From: a virus
Taxonomy: Duplodnaviria; Heunggongvirae; Uroviricota; Caudoviricetes
Length of the DNA: 29,531 bases
Strand: one strand, 5' to 3'
Virus record (IMG/VR): IMGVR_UViG_648276670_000001
Span: 1-29,531 of that record
Shown here: positions 18,300-27,010 of the stretch, in pieces
Position numbering within the stretch: the stretch's first letter is position 1
How the letters are laid out: the number at the start of each line of letters is the position of its first letter
Program-made: the position numbers and the translations under genes
The notes under the pieces: generated by a model
Database searches by the model: none
The model's input: the letters and a program-made list of their open reading frames with translations, nothing else
Told to the model about the DNA's origin: nothing

Positions 18300-18550
18300 T
18301 GAAAGAATACCGCTATTCCGGCCCGGCCAGCGGCGTCACGCTGTCGGACGGAACCGAAATCCTGCTCTGGCCGGGGAAGACGGTTTCCCTGCCGGAGGAG
18401 CATGACTACGTGAAGGTACTGGTGGCGCTGAAGCATCTGACGCCGGTACCAGAAGATACTAAACCCGCCGTCACACCAGCTGTGCAGTCACCAAAGCGCA
18501 GAAGCAGCAGTGACAGCGAAGTGAAAACGGAGGACTCCCATGGCAGCTAA
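18299..18550 (+). CDS. Hypothetical phage protein, about 83 aa
   Basis: Short ORF tightly packed upstream of the sheath gene; overlaps the sheath start. Confidence 0.45.
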   Translation: MKEYRYSGPASGVTLSDGTEILLWPGKTVSLPEEHDYVKVLVALKHLTPVPEDTKPAVTPAVQSPKRRSSSDSEVKTEDSHGS

Positions 18551-19967
18551 CTATCTGCATGGCGTCGAAACCATTGAGGTGGAAAACGGAGCCCGCCCGG
18601 TTAAAACGGTGAAATCTGCCGTTATTGGCCTGATTGGTACCGCCCCGATGGGGGATGTCAATACGCTGGTACAGTGCCTGTCTGAGAAAGACGCTGCGGC
18701 ATTTGGCAGCCAGTTCACCGGCTTTACCATTCCGCAGGCGCTGGATGCGATTTATGACCATGGTGCAGGCACCGTTCTGGTCATTAACGTACTCGATCCG
18801 TCTGTGCATAAAACCGCTGTGGTCAGTGAGAATGTGTCGTTCGACAAGGCGACAGGCAGAGCCCGGCTGGCTAATCCGGTGGTCGCGCAGCTGGTACTGA
18901 AACCGGACAGCGACGGTCAGCCTTATGTTGAAGGTCAGGACTACTCGCTTGATGCACAGACCGGGGTGATTACTAACCTGGGTAAAAGCATTGCTGCAGA
19001 TGCAACGGTGAAGGCCAGCTATAACTATGCTGATCCGACCAAAGTCACCCCGGCTGATATCATCGGTACCGTTAACGCTGCAGGCAACCGTACCGGCATG
19101 AAGCTGCTTAACGACAGTTTTAACCTGTTTGGCTACTTCGCCAAAATCCTGATTGCTCCGGTATTCTGCACCCAGAACAGCGTCTCGGTTGAGCTTATCG
19201 CCATGGCTGAGAAACTGGGAGCAGTAACCTATATTGATGCGCCGGTTGGTACCACTTTTGCGCAGGCTCTGGCGGGACGTGGCCCGGAAGGCACCATTAA
19301 CTTTAATACCAGCTCTGACCGTGTCCGCCTGTGCTACCCGCATGTGAAGGTATATGACCCGGTGACGAACACGGAGCGTCTGGAGCCACTGAGCCAGCGT
19401 GCGGCGGGCCTGCGTGCCAAAGTCGACCTGGACAAAGGGTACTGGTGGTCATCCTCCAATCAGGAAATTCTGGGGATCACCGGCGTGGAGCGCCAGCTGT
19501 CGGCAATGATTGACGATCCGCAGAGCGAGGTGAACCTGCTTAACGAACAGGGGATCACCACGGTATTCAGCAGTTACGGCAGCGGCCTTCGTCTGTGGGG
19601 TAACCGGACGGCAGCATGGCCAACGGTCACCCATATGCGTAACTTTGAGAACGTTCGCCGCACCGGTGATGTGATCAACGAGTCCATTCGTTACTTCAGC
19701 CAGCAGTACATCGACATGCCGATTACTCAGGCGCTGATTGATGCACTGACGGAGTCGGTCAACGCCTACGGTCGCAAAATGACTGGTGATGGTGCGGTAC
19801 TGGGCTTCCGTTGCTGGTTTGATCCGGCCCGCAATCCGGAGACGGAGCTGGCCGCCGGGCACCTGTTGCTGAGCTACAAATATACGCCACCACCGCCGCT
19901 GGAGCGACTGACGTTTGAGACTGAAATCACCTCGGAATACCTGTTAACCCTGAAAGGGGGCAACTGA
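18540..19967 (+). CDS. Contractile tail sheath protein, 475 aa
   Basis: Size, position immediately before the tube gene, overall sheath-like sequence character. Confidence 0.85.
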   Translation: MAANYLHGVETIEVENGARPVKTVKSAVIGLIGTAPMGDVNTLVQCLSEKDAAAFGSQFTGFTIPQALDAIYDHGAGTVLVINVLDPSVHKTAVVSENVSFDKATGRARLANPVVAQLVLKPDSDGQPYVEGQDYSLDAQTGVITNLGKSIAADATVKASYNYADPTKVTPADIIGTVNAAGNRTGMKLLNDSFNLFGYFAKILIAPVFCTQNSVSVELIAMAEKLGAVTYIDAPVGTTFAQALAGRGPEGTINFNTSSDRVRLCYPHVKVYDPVTNTERLEPLSQRAAGLRAKVDLDKGYWWSSSNQEILGITGVERQLSAMIDDPQSEVNLLNEQGITTVFSSYGSGLRLWGNRTAAWPTVTHMRNFENVRRTGDVINESIRYFSQQYIDMPITQALIDALTESVNAYGRKMTGDGAVLGFRCWFDPARNPETELAAGHLLLSYKYTPPPPLERLTFETEITSEYLLTLKGGN

Positions 19968-20488
19968 TGTCAAAGATTGAGATAAACCGAATCACGAATG
20001 CCAACATCTATCTGGATGGTACTAACCTGCTGGGACGGGCTGAGGAAGTTAAACTCCCCGATGTCTCCATGATTATGCAGGAGCACAAGGCACTGGGGAT
20101 GGTGGGTAAGGTGGAACTCCCGGCTGGTTTTGACAAACTGGAAGGCGAAATCAAATGGAACAGCTTTTACCGCGATGCGATGTTGTCTGCCGCGAACCCG
20201 TACAAGTCGCTGGCGCTGCAGTGTCGCTCCAGCGTCCAGCGCTACAGCTCGCAGGGGCTGATCGACGAAATCCCGCTGGTCACCTTCCTGACAATTATGT
20301 TCAAGAAGAACCCGCTGGGGACGTTCAAACAGCACGAGAACGCCGAGTTCTCCAGTAGCTTCACCTGCACGTATATCAGACAGGTACTGGGTGGTGAAGA
20401 GTTGCTGCAACTGGACTATCTGGCCAACATCTTCCGCGTCGGTGGCGTTGATCAACTGACTGACTATCGAATCAATATCGGGGGCTGA
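19967..20488 (+). CDS. Tail tube protein, 173 aa
   Basis: Size and position directly after the sheath gene with overlapping start. Confidence 0.8.
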   Translation: MSKIEINRITNANIYLDGTNLLGRAEEVKLPDVSMIMQEHKALGMVGKVELPAGFDKLEGEIKWNSFYRDAMLSAANPYKSLALQCRSSVQRYSSQGLIDEIPLVTFLTIMFKKNPLGTFKQHENAEFSSSFTCTYIRQVLGGEELLQLDYLANIFRVGGVDQLTDYRINIGG

Positions 20489-20490
20489 CG

Positions 20491-20772
20491 GTGAGTGTTG
20501 AACTGACTGACAAAGGAGGGCGATGTGCGTCACTGGGCATGTCAAATGGTACGTGGTTTACCCTCCTTGATATTCCGGGGGTGGAGACCCTCTTTAATAC
20601 CCGTAAAACCAATGACCCGATTGACTGCACACGTTCAAAGGCCCGCAAACTGGCCGATTTGATTGAAGCATGGGAGCCGCCCGACCAGTGGTTCTCCGGC
20701 ACCGGCAAATCTGAGGGAAAGGCGCTTCTCATCGCTTTCCTGCGTAACTGCAAGGGTTTTCGCACTTGCTGA
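20491..20772 (+). CDS. Hypothetical protein, 93 aa
   Basis: GTG start 2 nt after the tube stop; followed by a GC hairpin; coding status uncertain. Confidence 0.4.
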   Translation: MSVELTDKGGRCASLGMSNGTWFTLLDIPGVETLFNTRKTNDPIDCTRSKARKLADLIEAWEPPDQWFSGTGKSEGKALLIAFLRNCKGFRTC

Positions 20773-20778
20773 CATCAC

Positions 20779-20800
20779 AGGGGCTCCGGCCCCTTCTTCT
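20779..20800 (+). terminator. Candidate weak intrinsic terminator
   Basis: Hairpin AGGGGC-TCCG-GCCCCT (20779-20794) followed by TCTTCTT. Confidence 0.3.
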
Positions 20801-20869
20801 TAATCCCCTTTAATATCCGTCACGTCCACCGCCAGACATACTGCTCTGAATTTACAAAGGAGTATGATC

Positions 20870-21205
20870 ATGTCACAGACCCAGTCCGATACTTTTACGC
20901 TGTCTTATCCTTTCACCACTGCTGCAGGTACCAGAATTGAACAGATTGAACTGAAACGCCTGACAGTAAAAGACCTGAAGCAGGTGCGCAAAATCAACAA
21001 AGACCCGACAGACTGGGACGAACCACTGATTGCCCGTAGCACCGGTATCCTCCCGGAAGACCTCGATAACATGGATCTTGCCGACTATATGGAGCTGCAG
21101 AAACGATTTCAGAAAATCACTGGGCTGGGCAAGAGCGACAAAAACACTGATGCAGGTGCAGGGCCTGCTGGCGAGATGGTTCAGGTTTCAACCGGGGGAG
21201 ATTGA
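20870..21205 (+). CDS. Tail assembly chaperone (P2 gpE / lambda gpG analogue)
   Basis: AAGGAG Shine-Dalgarno 7 nt upstream of ATG 20870; located between tube and tape-measure genes; an overlapping downstream ORF in another frame suggests a frameshift extension. Confidence 0.65.
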   Translation: MSQTQSDTFTLSYPFTTAAGTRIEQIELKRLTVKDLKQVRKINKDPTDWDEPLIARSTGILPEDLDNMDLADYMELQKRFQKITGLGKSDKNTDAGAGPAGEMVQVSTGGD

Positions 21206-21287
21206 TGCCCTCGATACTGACGATCTGGAGATGTGGCTGGAGCAGGCTGAAGAGCAAATCAAAAGCGAGTTCGGCGACAATCAGTAA
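20870..21287 (+). CDS. Predicted frameshift-extended chaperone product (E+E-prime-like); shift to the +1 (equivalently -2) frame near 21194-21198
   Basis: ORF 21030-21287 overlaps the 3' end of the chaperone ORF; its tail EIDALDTDDLEMWLEQAEEQIKSEFGDNQ looks protein-like; run GGGGG at 21194-21198 lies two codons before the chaperone stop. Confidence 0.45.
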
Positions 21288-21300
21288 CAACGTATCACTT

Positions 21301-21323
21301 AACAGCCGCCAGTCGCGGCTGTT
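21301..21323 (+). other. Perfect 9-bp stem hairpin upstream of the tape-measure gene
   Basis: AACAGCCGC-CAGTC-GCGGCTGTT; a T7 run follows only about 30 nt downstream at 21353-21359, so not a canonical terminator. Confidence 0.3.
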
Positions 21324-21379
21324 CTGCATGGGTTTCAGACACTTCCCTTCCGTTTTTTTGCTTTCAGAGGATAGCCACC

Positions 21380-23845
21380 GTGGCCAGTGAATTTTCAGTC
21401 GGCGTCATTATTGGCGGCATTGTCGGGAGCAGCTTCCGCTCAGCCGTCAGTGGCACCCGACGCGCCCTTGATTCCCTTGGTGATACCTCCCGCCGTCTGC
21501 AGGAACGCCAGAATGCCTTAACCCGGGCAACAGAACGTTATGGTCAACTGGGTTCTTCCCGGATGCAGCATCTCAACAGCGAGTTGCTGCGGGTAAGCCG
21601 CACCATGGAGCAAATTGAACGTCAGCAGCGCCGTCTGTCAGCAGTATCAGCCACCGGTGATGCGTTGAAGGCTAACCGCCTGGCGCTCTATGGTCAGGGT
21701 GCAGAAACCTATGCTATTGGCAGAACGCTGGGCGCACCGGTCATGGCCTCGGTTAAACAATATGCCTCGTTTGAATCACAGTTGCGGGATATCAGTGTCA
21801 CAGGAGACCTGGATGCAAAACAGGAACGTGCAATTGGCCAGGCTATCAGACAGGCCTCGCTGAAGGTTAACCAACTGCAGGAGTCTCTGTTAGGGGGAGT
21901 CGGACAATTAGTTGCTGATGGTATGGCCCCCGAACGGGCAGCAACGTTTGCAGAGATGCTTGGAAAGACCGCTACAGCAACCAAAGCCGATATGACCGAC
22001 CTTGCCAAAATGACTTATGCCTTCAGCGATGCACTCAGAATCACTGATGCGAAAGAACTTGAACAGGCGTTTGGTATTGCGGCAACAGGAGCCAAACTTG
22101 GGTCATTTGAGCTGAAGGATATGGCAAAAGCATTACCCGGTATGGCTAAAGCCTTCGCTGCTCGTGGTATTTATGGAAAAGATGCGATTACCCAGATTGT
22201 TGCCAGTCTGGAGGTCGGTAAAGGTAGTGGCTCTGCAGAGGAAGCGGTCACCAATATGTCCAACTGGCTGGCAGCAATGGGCCGCGGAGATACCATCCAG
22301 AAATATGCTAAAGCCGGGGTGGATTACCAGGGGTCAATGCAGAATTACGTCGCTCAGGGTTTTTCGCAGTACGAAGCTTCACTGATGATTGCCAACCGTT
22401 TTATCGACAGTAAAGGCAAAGCGTTCTTGCAGCAATGGAAAGCTGCAGGAGCAAGAGGCGATCAGGAAGGTCAGCAGAAACTCATGGAGTCATTTGGTCT
22501 GGCTGAGGTCTTTACCGATATTCAGACTGTCAACCATTTACTGTCAATGCGACAGGGCTGGGATAAATACCTTTCCAGTAAGCAGGAAATGAATGCTCCG
22601 GCTGCAATTTCTACCCTGGATAAGGATGCTGCAAAGCAGAATGATACGCTTGAAGGTCGCTGGCGCAGAATGCAGATCGGCTTTAATGATTCTGCTATCA
22701 GCATCGGGCAATCCTTGCGTCCGGCTTTGCTCCAGTTGGGTGAAACATTTATTCCTTTAATGGACAGTGTTGGCAAATGGATAGCGGCAAATCCGCAGCT
22801 CGTCAGCAGCACCATAAAGGTTGTGGGCGCATTACTCGCTTTCAGGATGGCCACTATCGGTCTCAAGCTTGGGCTGAATCTCCTTCTTTCCCCCTTTGTA
22901 AGCGTCTGGAAAAATGCTGTTTTACTTCGGGCCAACTGGCTTCGTCTGACGCTCGCACTGGGGGAAGGCGGTAAACTCCGCTGGCTGGTGACAGGCTTTG
23001 GTGCTGTCGCCAGAGGAGCCAGAACACTGGGTGGTGTGCTCTCAGGGGGGCTGGTTCGCGGAATTATGAGCGCCGGGCGTGCCGTTCTCTGGATTGGCCG
23101 GGCGCTGCTGATGAATCCCATCGGTCTCGTTATCACCGCCGTCGCGGCAGCAGCTTACCTTATCTACCGCAACTGGGGCGCAGTCAGTAGCTGGTTTAAA
23201 CAGCGCTGGGCTGACATTCAGGAAGCCTTTAACGGCGGCATCGTGGGAACTGGTAAACTGCTGGTTAACTGGTCTCCGGCTGGTCTGCTTTATAAAGCCT
23301 TTGCGGCTGCGCTGAAATATCTCGGCGTTGATCTGCCGGCGAAATTCACCGACTTCGGTGGTCATCTTATTGACGGGTTGATAAATGGCATCAGAAACAA
23401 ATGGGCGTCACTCAAAACCAGCGTAACCGGAATGGGTGACAGCATCAGTGACTGGTTCAGCGAAAAGCTGGGCATCCATTCACCGAGTCGCGTGTTTATG
23501 GGCTTTGGTGACAATATCGCGCAGGGTGCCGCCATTGGCCTGCAACGGACCACTCCGCTTGCTGCACTGGCCGGGCAGCGCCTGGCCGCTGAAATGACAC
23601 CGGATGTTCCCCGTATCCCGTCGCCGGAAATCATGGCTGCCGGATATTCAGGCCGTGGTGCAACGGCAACTGGCGGTGGAGCGTCTGGCGGTATCCAGGT
23701 CAGCTTTAATCCTCAGTTTTTCCTCAATGGTAAGGAAACCGCAGCGCCTGCCGGGCTGACTGGTGCCCTGAATATGAGCCTGCATGAGCTGGAAAAAATG
23801 CTGGAGCGTCTGCTGGCTCAGAAACAACGTAAGGAGTACAGCTGA
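21380..23845 (+). CDS. Tail tape measure protein, 821 aa
   Basis: GTG start with AGAGGA Shine-Dalgarno; large helical protein with a central hydrophobic segment, directly downstream of the chaperone pair. Confidence 0.8.
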   Translation: MASEFSVGVIIGGIVGSSFRSAVSGTRRALDSLGDTSRRLQERQNALTRATERYGQLGSSRMQHLNSELLRVSRTMEQIERQQRRLSAVSATGDALKANRLALYGQGAETYAIGRTLGAPVMASVKQYASFESQLRDISVTGDLDAKQERAIGQAIRQASLKVNQLQESLLGGVGQLVADGMAPERAATFAEMLGKTATATKADMTDLAKMTYAFSDALRITDAKELEQAFGIAATGAKLGSFELKDMAKALPGMAKAFAARGIYGKDAITQIVASLEVGKGSGSAEEAVTNMSNWLAAMGRGDTIQKYAKAGVDYQGSMQNYVAQGFSQYEASLMIANRFIDSKGKAFLQQWKAAGARGDQEGQQKLMESFGLAEVFTDIQTVNHLLSMRQGWDKYLSSKQEMNAPAAISTLDKDAAKQNDTLEGRWRRMQIGFNDSAISIGQSLRPALLQLGETFIPLMDSVGKWIAANPQLVSSTIKVVGALLAFRMATIGLKLGLNLLLSPFVSVWKNAVLLRANWLRLTLALGEGGKLRWLVTGFGAVARGARTLGGVLSGGLVRGIMSAGRAVLWIGRALLMNPIGLVITAVAAAAYLIYRNWGAVSSWFKQRWADIQEAFNGGIVGTGKLLVNWSPAGLLYKAFAAALKYLGVDLPAKFTDFGGHLIDGLINGIRNKWASLKTSVTGMGDSISDWFSEKLGIHSPSRVFMGFGDNIAQGAAIGLQRTTPLAALAGQRLAAEMTPDVPRIPSPEIMAAGYSGRGATATGGGASGGIQVSFNPQFFLNGKETAAPAGLTGALNMSLHELEKMLERLLAQKQRKEYS

Positions 23846-24690
23846 TGTTTGCCGTACTGGGTGATATTGAGTTTGAACTGATTACCTACTGGGACGGCTT
23901 CGAGGCCACGTTCGGCGTCGATTATGCGGAGCATGCCCGCATCGAGGGTAAACCCGGCCTGCAGTTTGTCGGCGACAGGCTGGACGAAATCCAGATAAGC
24001 CTGGTCTTCCATCAGCATTATTGTGTGCCCGACGTGGAGCTGGCGAGAGTGCGAACAGCCATGAAGGCCCATCAGGCACTGGCGCTGGTCTTCGGCAACG
24101 GTGACTATCGCGGCTGGTTCGTGATTACCGATGTGACCGCAACCAGCGAGCAGACAGACAGCACCGGTAACGTGCTGGCTGTCAGTGCCACCGTGTCTCT
24201 CCGGGAATACACCGGTGACCCGAAAAATCCTCTGCAACCGCCGGCAATACGCAGGCAGGTTCCCGGTGCCGGAGCTGTATCGGGTGCTGTTCCATCGCCT
24301 TCCGGGGTGGCGCAGTTCGTCCGTAACGGCGTCAACTATGCGAAACAGGCGCAGTCTGTACTCCAGACCACTATCAGTGCCGTTCGGGTGGCGCAGAAAA
24401 TGAAGGGTAACCCCGTTGTCGCGCTGACCCGTGTGCCTGGACTGATGAGCGGACTGGGTAATATATCCGGAGCTCTGGGGAAAAGTGTTCCGGCGTTTAA
24501 TGCACTCTCTGAATCCATGCCCGATGCCATCAGTCTGGCCAGAACAGCCAGTGAGGCAGCCACGTATGTACAGCAGGCGCAGTCGGCGCTGAGTGGTGTG
24601 GACAAAAGAATATTGCAGGTGCTCTGGATACCGTTTCCGGGCAGCTTAACGCCGCCGGCACAGCATTCAACCGCATGTCTCCGGGATTAA
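23845..24690 (+). CDS. Tail protein with P2 gpU-like N-terminal domain (Mu N position) and an Ala/Ser/Gly-rich C-terminal extension, 281 aa
   Basis: N-terminal 130 aa (MFAVLGDIEFELITYWDG...GLQFVGDRLDEIQISLVF...) resemble the gpU tail protein family; start overlaps the tape-measure stop. Confidence 0.6.
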   Translation: MFAVLGDIEFELITYWDGFEATFGVDYAEHARIEGKPGLQFVGDRLDEIQISLVFHQHYCVPDVELARVRTAMKAHQALALVFGNGDYRGWFVITDVTATSEQTDSTGNVLAVSATVSLREYTGDPKNPLQPPAIRRQVPGAGAVSGAVPSPSGVAQFVRNGVNYAKQAQSVLQTTISAVRVAQKMKGNPVVALTRVPGLMSGLGNISGALGKSVPAFNALSESMPDAISLARTASEAATYVQQAQSALSGVDKRILQVLWIPFPGSLTPPAQHSTACLRD

Positions 24691-24727
24691 GTGCAATGGC
24701 CGCCAGAATACTGACGAGGAGTGTGTG

Positions 24728-24940
24728 ATGTTTCTTGAACATATTACCCGTGACGGAGAGCGCTGGGATTCGCTGGCATGGCAGTACTACGGTGACCCGC
24801 TGGGCTATCCCCGGATTATTGCAGCCAATCCGCACGTGGCCATTACGCCGGTGCTGCCCTCCGGGGTGTTGTTACTGATCCCGGTTATTGAGGCTGAAGA
24901 TGCCCGCACAGAAGAGGATATTGCCCCATGGCTGAGATAA
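24728..24940 (+). CDS. Tail protein X-like (P2 gpX family), 70 aa
   Basis: GAGGAG Shine-Dalgarno 6 nt upstream; gpX-like pattern GERWDSLAWQYYGDPLGYPRIIAANPHVA...LPSGVLLLIP. Confidence 0.75.
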   Translation: MFLEHITRDGERWDSLAWQYYGDPLGYPRIIAANPHVAITPVLPSGVLLLIPVIEAEDARTEEDIAPWLR

Positions 24941-26082
24941 ACAGTACTGCGCAAGACGTATCAGCGTTAACCGGCGTCAGCGATGTGCTGACGCCGGTGT
25001 TCACTCTGTGGTATCTGCAGAAAAATATCACCTCTGATATCGCGCCTTATGTCACCCGTGTGACCTGGAGCGATAACATCAAAAATGAGTCCGATACCAT
25101 TGAGGTGGAGCTGGATGACACCGATGGTCGCTGGCTGGATAAGTGGTATCCGGGCAAGGGTGACACGCTGACGCTGAAAATGGGTTATCAGGGCGAGAAA
25201 CTGCTGTCCTGCGGTACATTCTCAATAGACGAGATCGAAGTGAGTTCGCCCGCGTCCGTTGTCGCTATCCGTGGGGTGGCCACCTCGGTTAACAGTGCTC
25301 TGCGGACTAAATCCAGCCGTGGTTTTGAGAACACCACGCTGGCAGCTGTTGCGGGGCGGATTGCCAGAAAGCACCGACTGAAACTGGTGGGCAGCATTGA
25401 GTCCATCAAAATCGACCGGGTGACCCAGTATGCTGAAACCGACGTGGGTTTTCTGCGCCGGCTGGCCAGCGAGTATGGTTATGCAGTGAAAGTGGTCAGT
25501 GACCAGTTGATTTTTTCTCATCTGGCCACACTGCGCAGTCAGGAGCCGGTCAGGCAGTTAAAACCGCAGGATGTGGCCCGCTTTTCCCTGCGTGACACCA
25601 TCAACCGGGTCTATAAATCTGCAAAGGTAAAACACCAGAAAAGCAGCAGTAAAAAACTGATCGTCTACGAAGCTGATGGTGGTACCCGTGAAAGCGACAA
25701 AAAGCTCAAAGGTGGTAAGGTTACCAGCGCTGACTCACTTAAAGTTAACAGCCGTGTCAGCGACCCGGACAGTGCCCGGATTAAAGCGGATTCAGCACTG
25801 GCCAGACATAACGAATACCAGCAGAACGGCTCCCTGACGCTGACGGGAACGCCTCAACTGACAGCAGGCAACAAAATTGAACTGGTGGGCTTTGGACAGT
25901 TATCCGGTCCATGGCTGATAATCACTGCCCGCCATGCGTTTGAGCGTAACAGCGGCTACACCACAGAGCTGGAAGTGGCACGGGGGCCAGTCACAAGAGG
26001 GAAAAAACAAAAAACTCAGAAACTCACGGTTTATCACCCGGATGGCAGTACATCGACGGTGATTAAGGAGAAGAAAAAATGA
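24928..26082 (+). CDS. Tail protein D-like (P2 gpD / Mu P family), 384 aa
   Basis: Size and position after the X-like gene and before the V-like spike gene; overlapping start. Confidence 0.75.
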   Translation: MAEINSTAQDVSALTGVSDVLTPVFTLWYLQKNITSDIAPYVTRVTWSDNIKNESDTIEVELDDTDGRWLDKWYPGKGDTLTLKMGYQGEKLLSCGTFSIDEIEVSSPASVVAIRGVATSVNSALRTKSSRGFENTTLAAVAGRIARKHRLKLVGSIESIKIDRVTQYAETDVGFLRRLASEYGYAVKVVSDQLIFSHLATLRSQEPVRQLKPQDVARFSLRDTINRVYKSAKVKHQKSSSKKLIVYEADGGTRESDKKLKGGKVTSADSLKVNSRVSDPDSARIKADSALARHNEYQQNGSLTLTGTPQLTAGNKIELVGFGQLSGPWLIITARHAFERNSGYTTELEVARGPVTRGKKQKTQKLTVYHPDGSTSTVIKEKKK

Positions 26083-26606
26083 CTGGTGTCACCCGTCAGG
26101 TCGGTACGGTCAGTGCCGTTGATGCCGACAGGGTTCAGGCCCGCGTTCGTCTGCCTGAATGCGATAATCTGCGCACAAACTGGCTTAACGTGCTACAGCG
26201 CAATACCCAGGATAACAAGGATTACTGGCTCCCTGACGTGGGGGAGCAGGTTGAGGTGCTGCTCGATGCCAACGGCGAGGATGGTGTTATTCTGGGCGCG
26301 GTGTACTCAGACGTCGATAAACCGCCGTTCAGTGATAAAAACGTCCGGGGTACGAAATACGCTGATGGCGCGGAGTTCAGTTATAACCGCGCGACCCATA
26401 CGCTGACGGTCAGAGGAGGTATTGAGCGTATCGTGGTGGAGGTTGCCGCTGATATCTCTCTCAAAGGGAAAAAACTCGACCTCACGGGAGTTACCACGAT
26501 CAACGGCCCCGCGACACTCAATGGTGATCTGGAAATCAACGGAAGCGCCCATGCAACGGGTAACATATTTGCTGATGGTCAGAACTCTAATCACCATTCC
26601 CATTGA
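26079..26606 (+). CDS. Baseplate spike / assembly protein V-like, 175 aa
   Basis: gpV-like N-terminus (VGTVSAVDADRVQARVRL...NWLNVLQ...YWLPDVGEQVEVLLDANGEDGVILGAVYSD). Confidence 0.8.
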   Translation: MTGVTRQVGTVSAVDADRVQARVRLPECDNLRTNWLNVLQRNTQDNKDYWLPDVGEQVEVLLDANGEDGVILGAVYSDVDKPPFSDKNVRGTKYADGAEFSYNRATHTLTVRGGIERIVVEVAADISLKGKKLDLTGVTTINGPATLNGDLEINGSAHATGNIFADGQNSNHHSH

Positions 26607-26662
26607 ACCTTCTTAAACGCCTTTAATATCGGCGCTTACTTCCCGGGGGCAATACTGCCTCC

Positions 26663-27010
26663 ATGAAAACGACCTCAGTATTCTGGCAACCAGCTCTGCA
26701 GGCTCCCGGCGAAATCGTCCGGGGGCTGGATGATATCCGGCAGTCCATCCAGATCATCCTGCGGACTCCCCGCGGCAGCGACCCGCATCGCCCGGAGTTC
26801 GGCAGCAATCTGCACCTTTATATCGACTGGCCTGTCGGCCGGGCCATTCCGCATGTGGTTCGCGAATCCGTCGATGCCATCAGGCGCTGGGAACCCCGCT
26901 GCCAGCTTATGTCGGTTAAACCCGCCGTCGACGGCGAACATCTTACGCTCCGGGTGAGCTGGAAAGGCTCAGACGGACAACCCCGTACTCAGGAACTGCT
27001 ATGGCGCTGA
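26663..27010 (+). CDS. Baseplate protein, GPW/gp25 family, 115 aa
   Basis: Size and position upstream of the J-like gene; sequence character typical of gp25-like baseplate wedge proteins. Confidence 0.8.
   Translation: MKTTSVFWQPALQAPGEIVRGLDDIRQSIQIILRTPRGSDPHRPEFGSNLHLYIDWPVGRAIPHVVRESVDAIRRWEPRCQLMSVKPAVDGEHLTLRVSWKGSDGQPRTQELLWR

Noticed and set aside
18471-19343. Minus-strand ORF of 290 aa antisense to the sheath gene
   Set aside because: Antisense shadow ORF with no ribosome-binding site; the sheath gene on the plus strand is well supported.
21202-21390. -1 frame ORF of 62 aa as the chaperone frameshift extension
   Set aside because: Translation (WRCGWSRLKSK..., runs into the tape-measure ribosome-binding site) is not protein-like; the +1 frame ORF is the better extension candidate.
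22522-23136. Minus-strand ORF of 204 aa antisense to the tape-measure gene
   Set aside because: Low-complexity Pro/Ser/Ala/Arg-rich translation characteristic of antisense frames in GC-rich genes.
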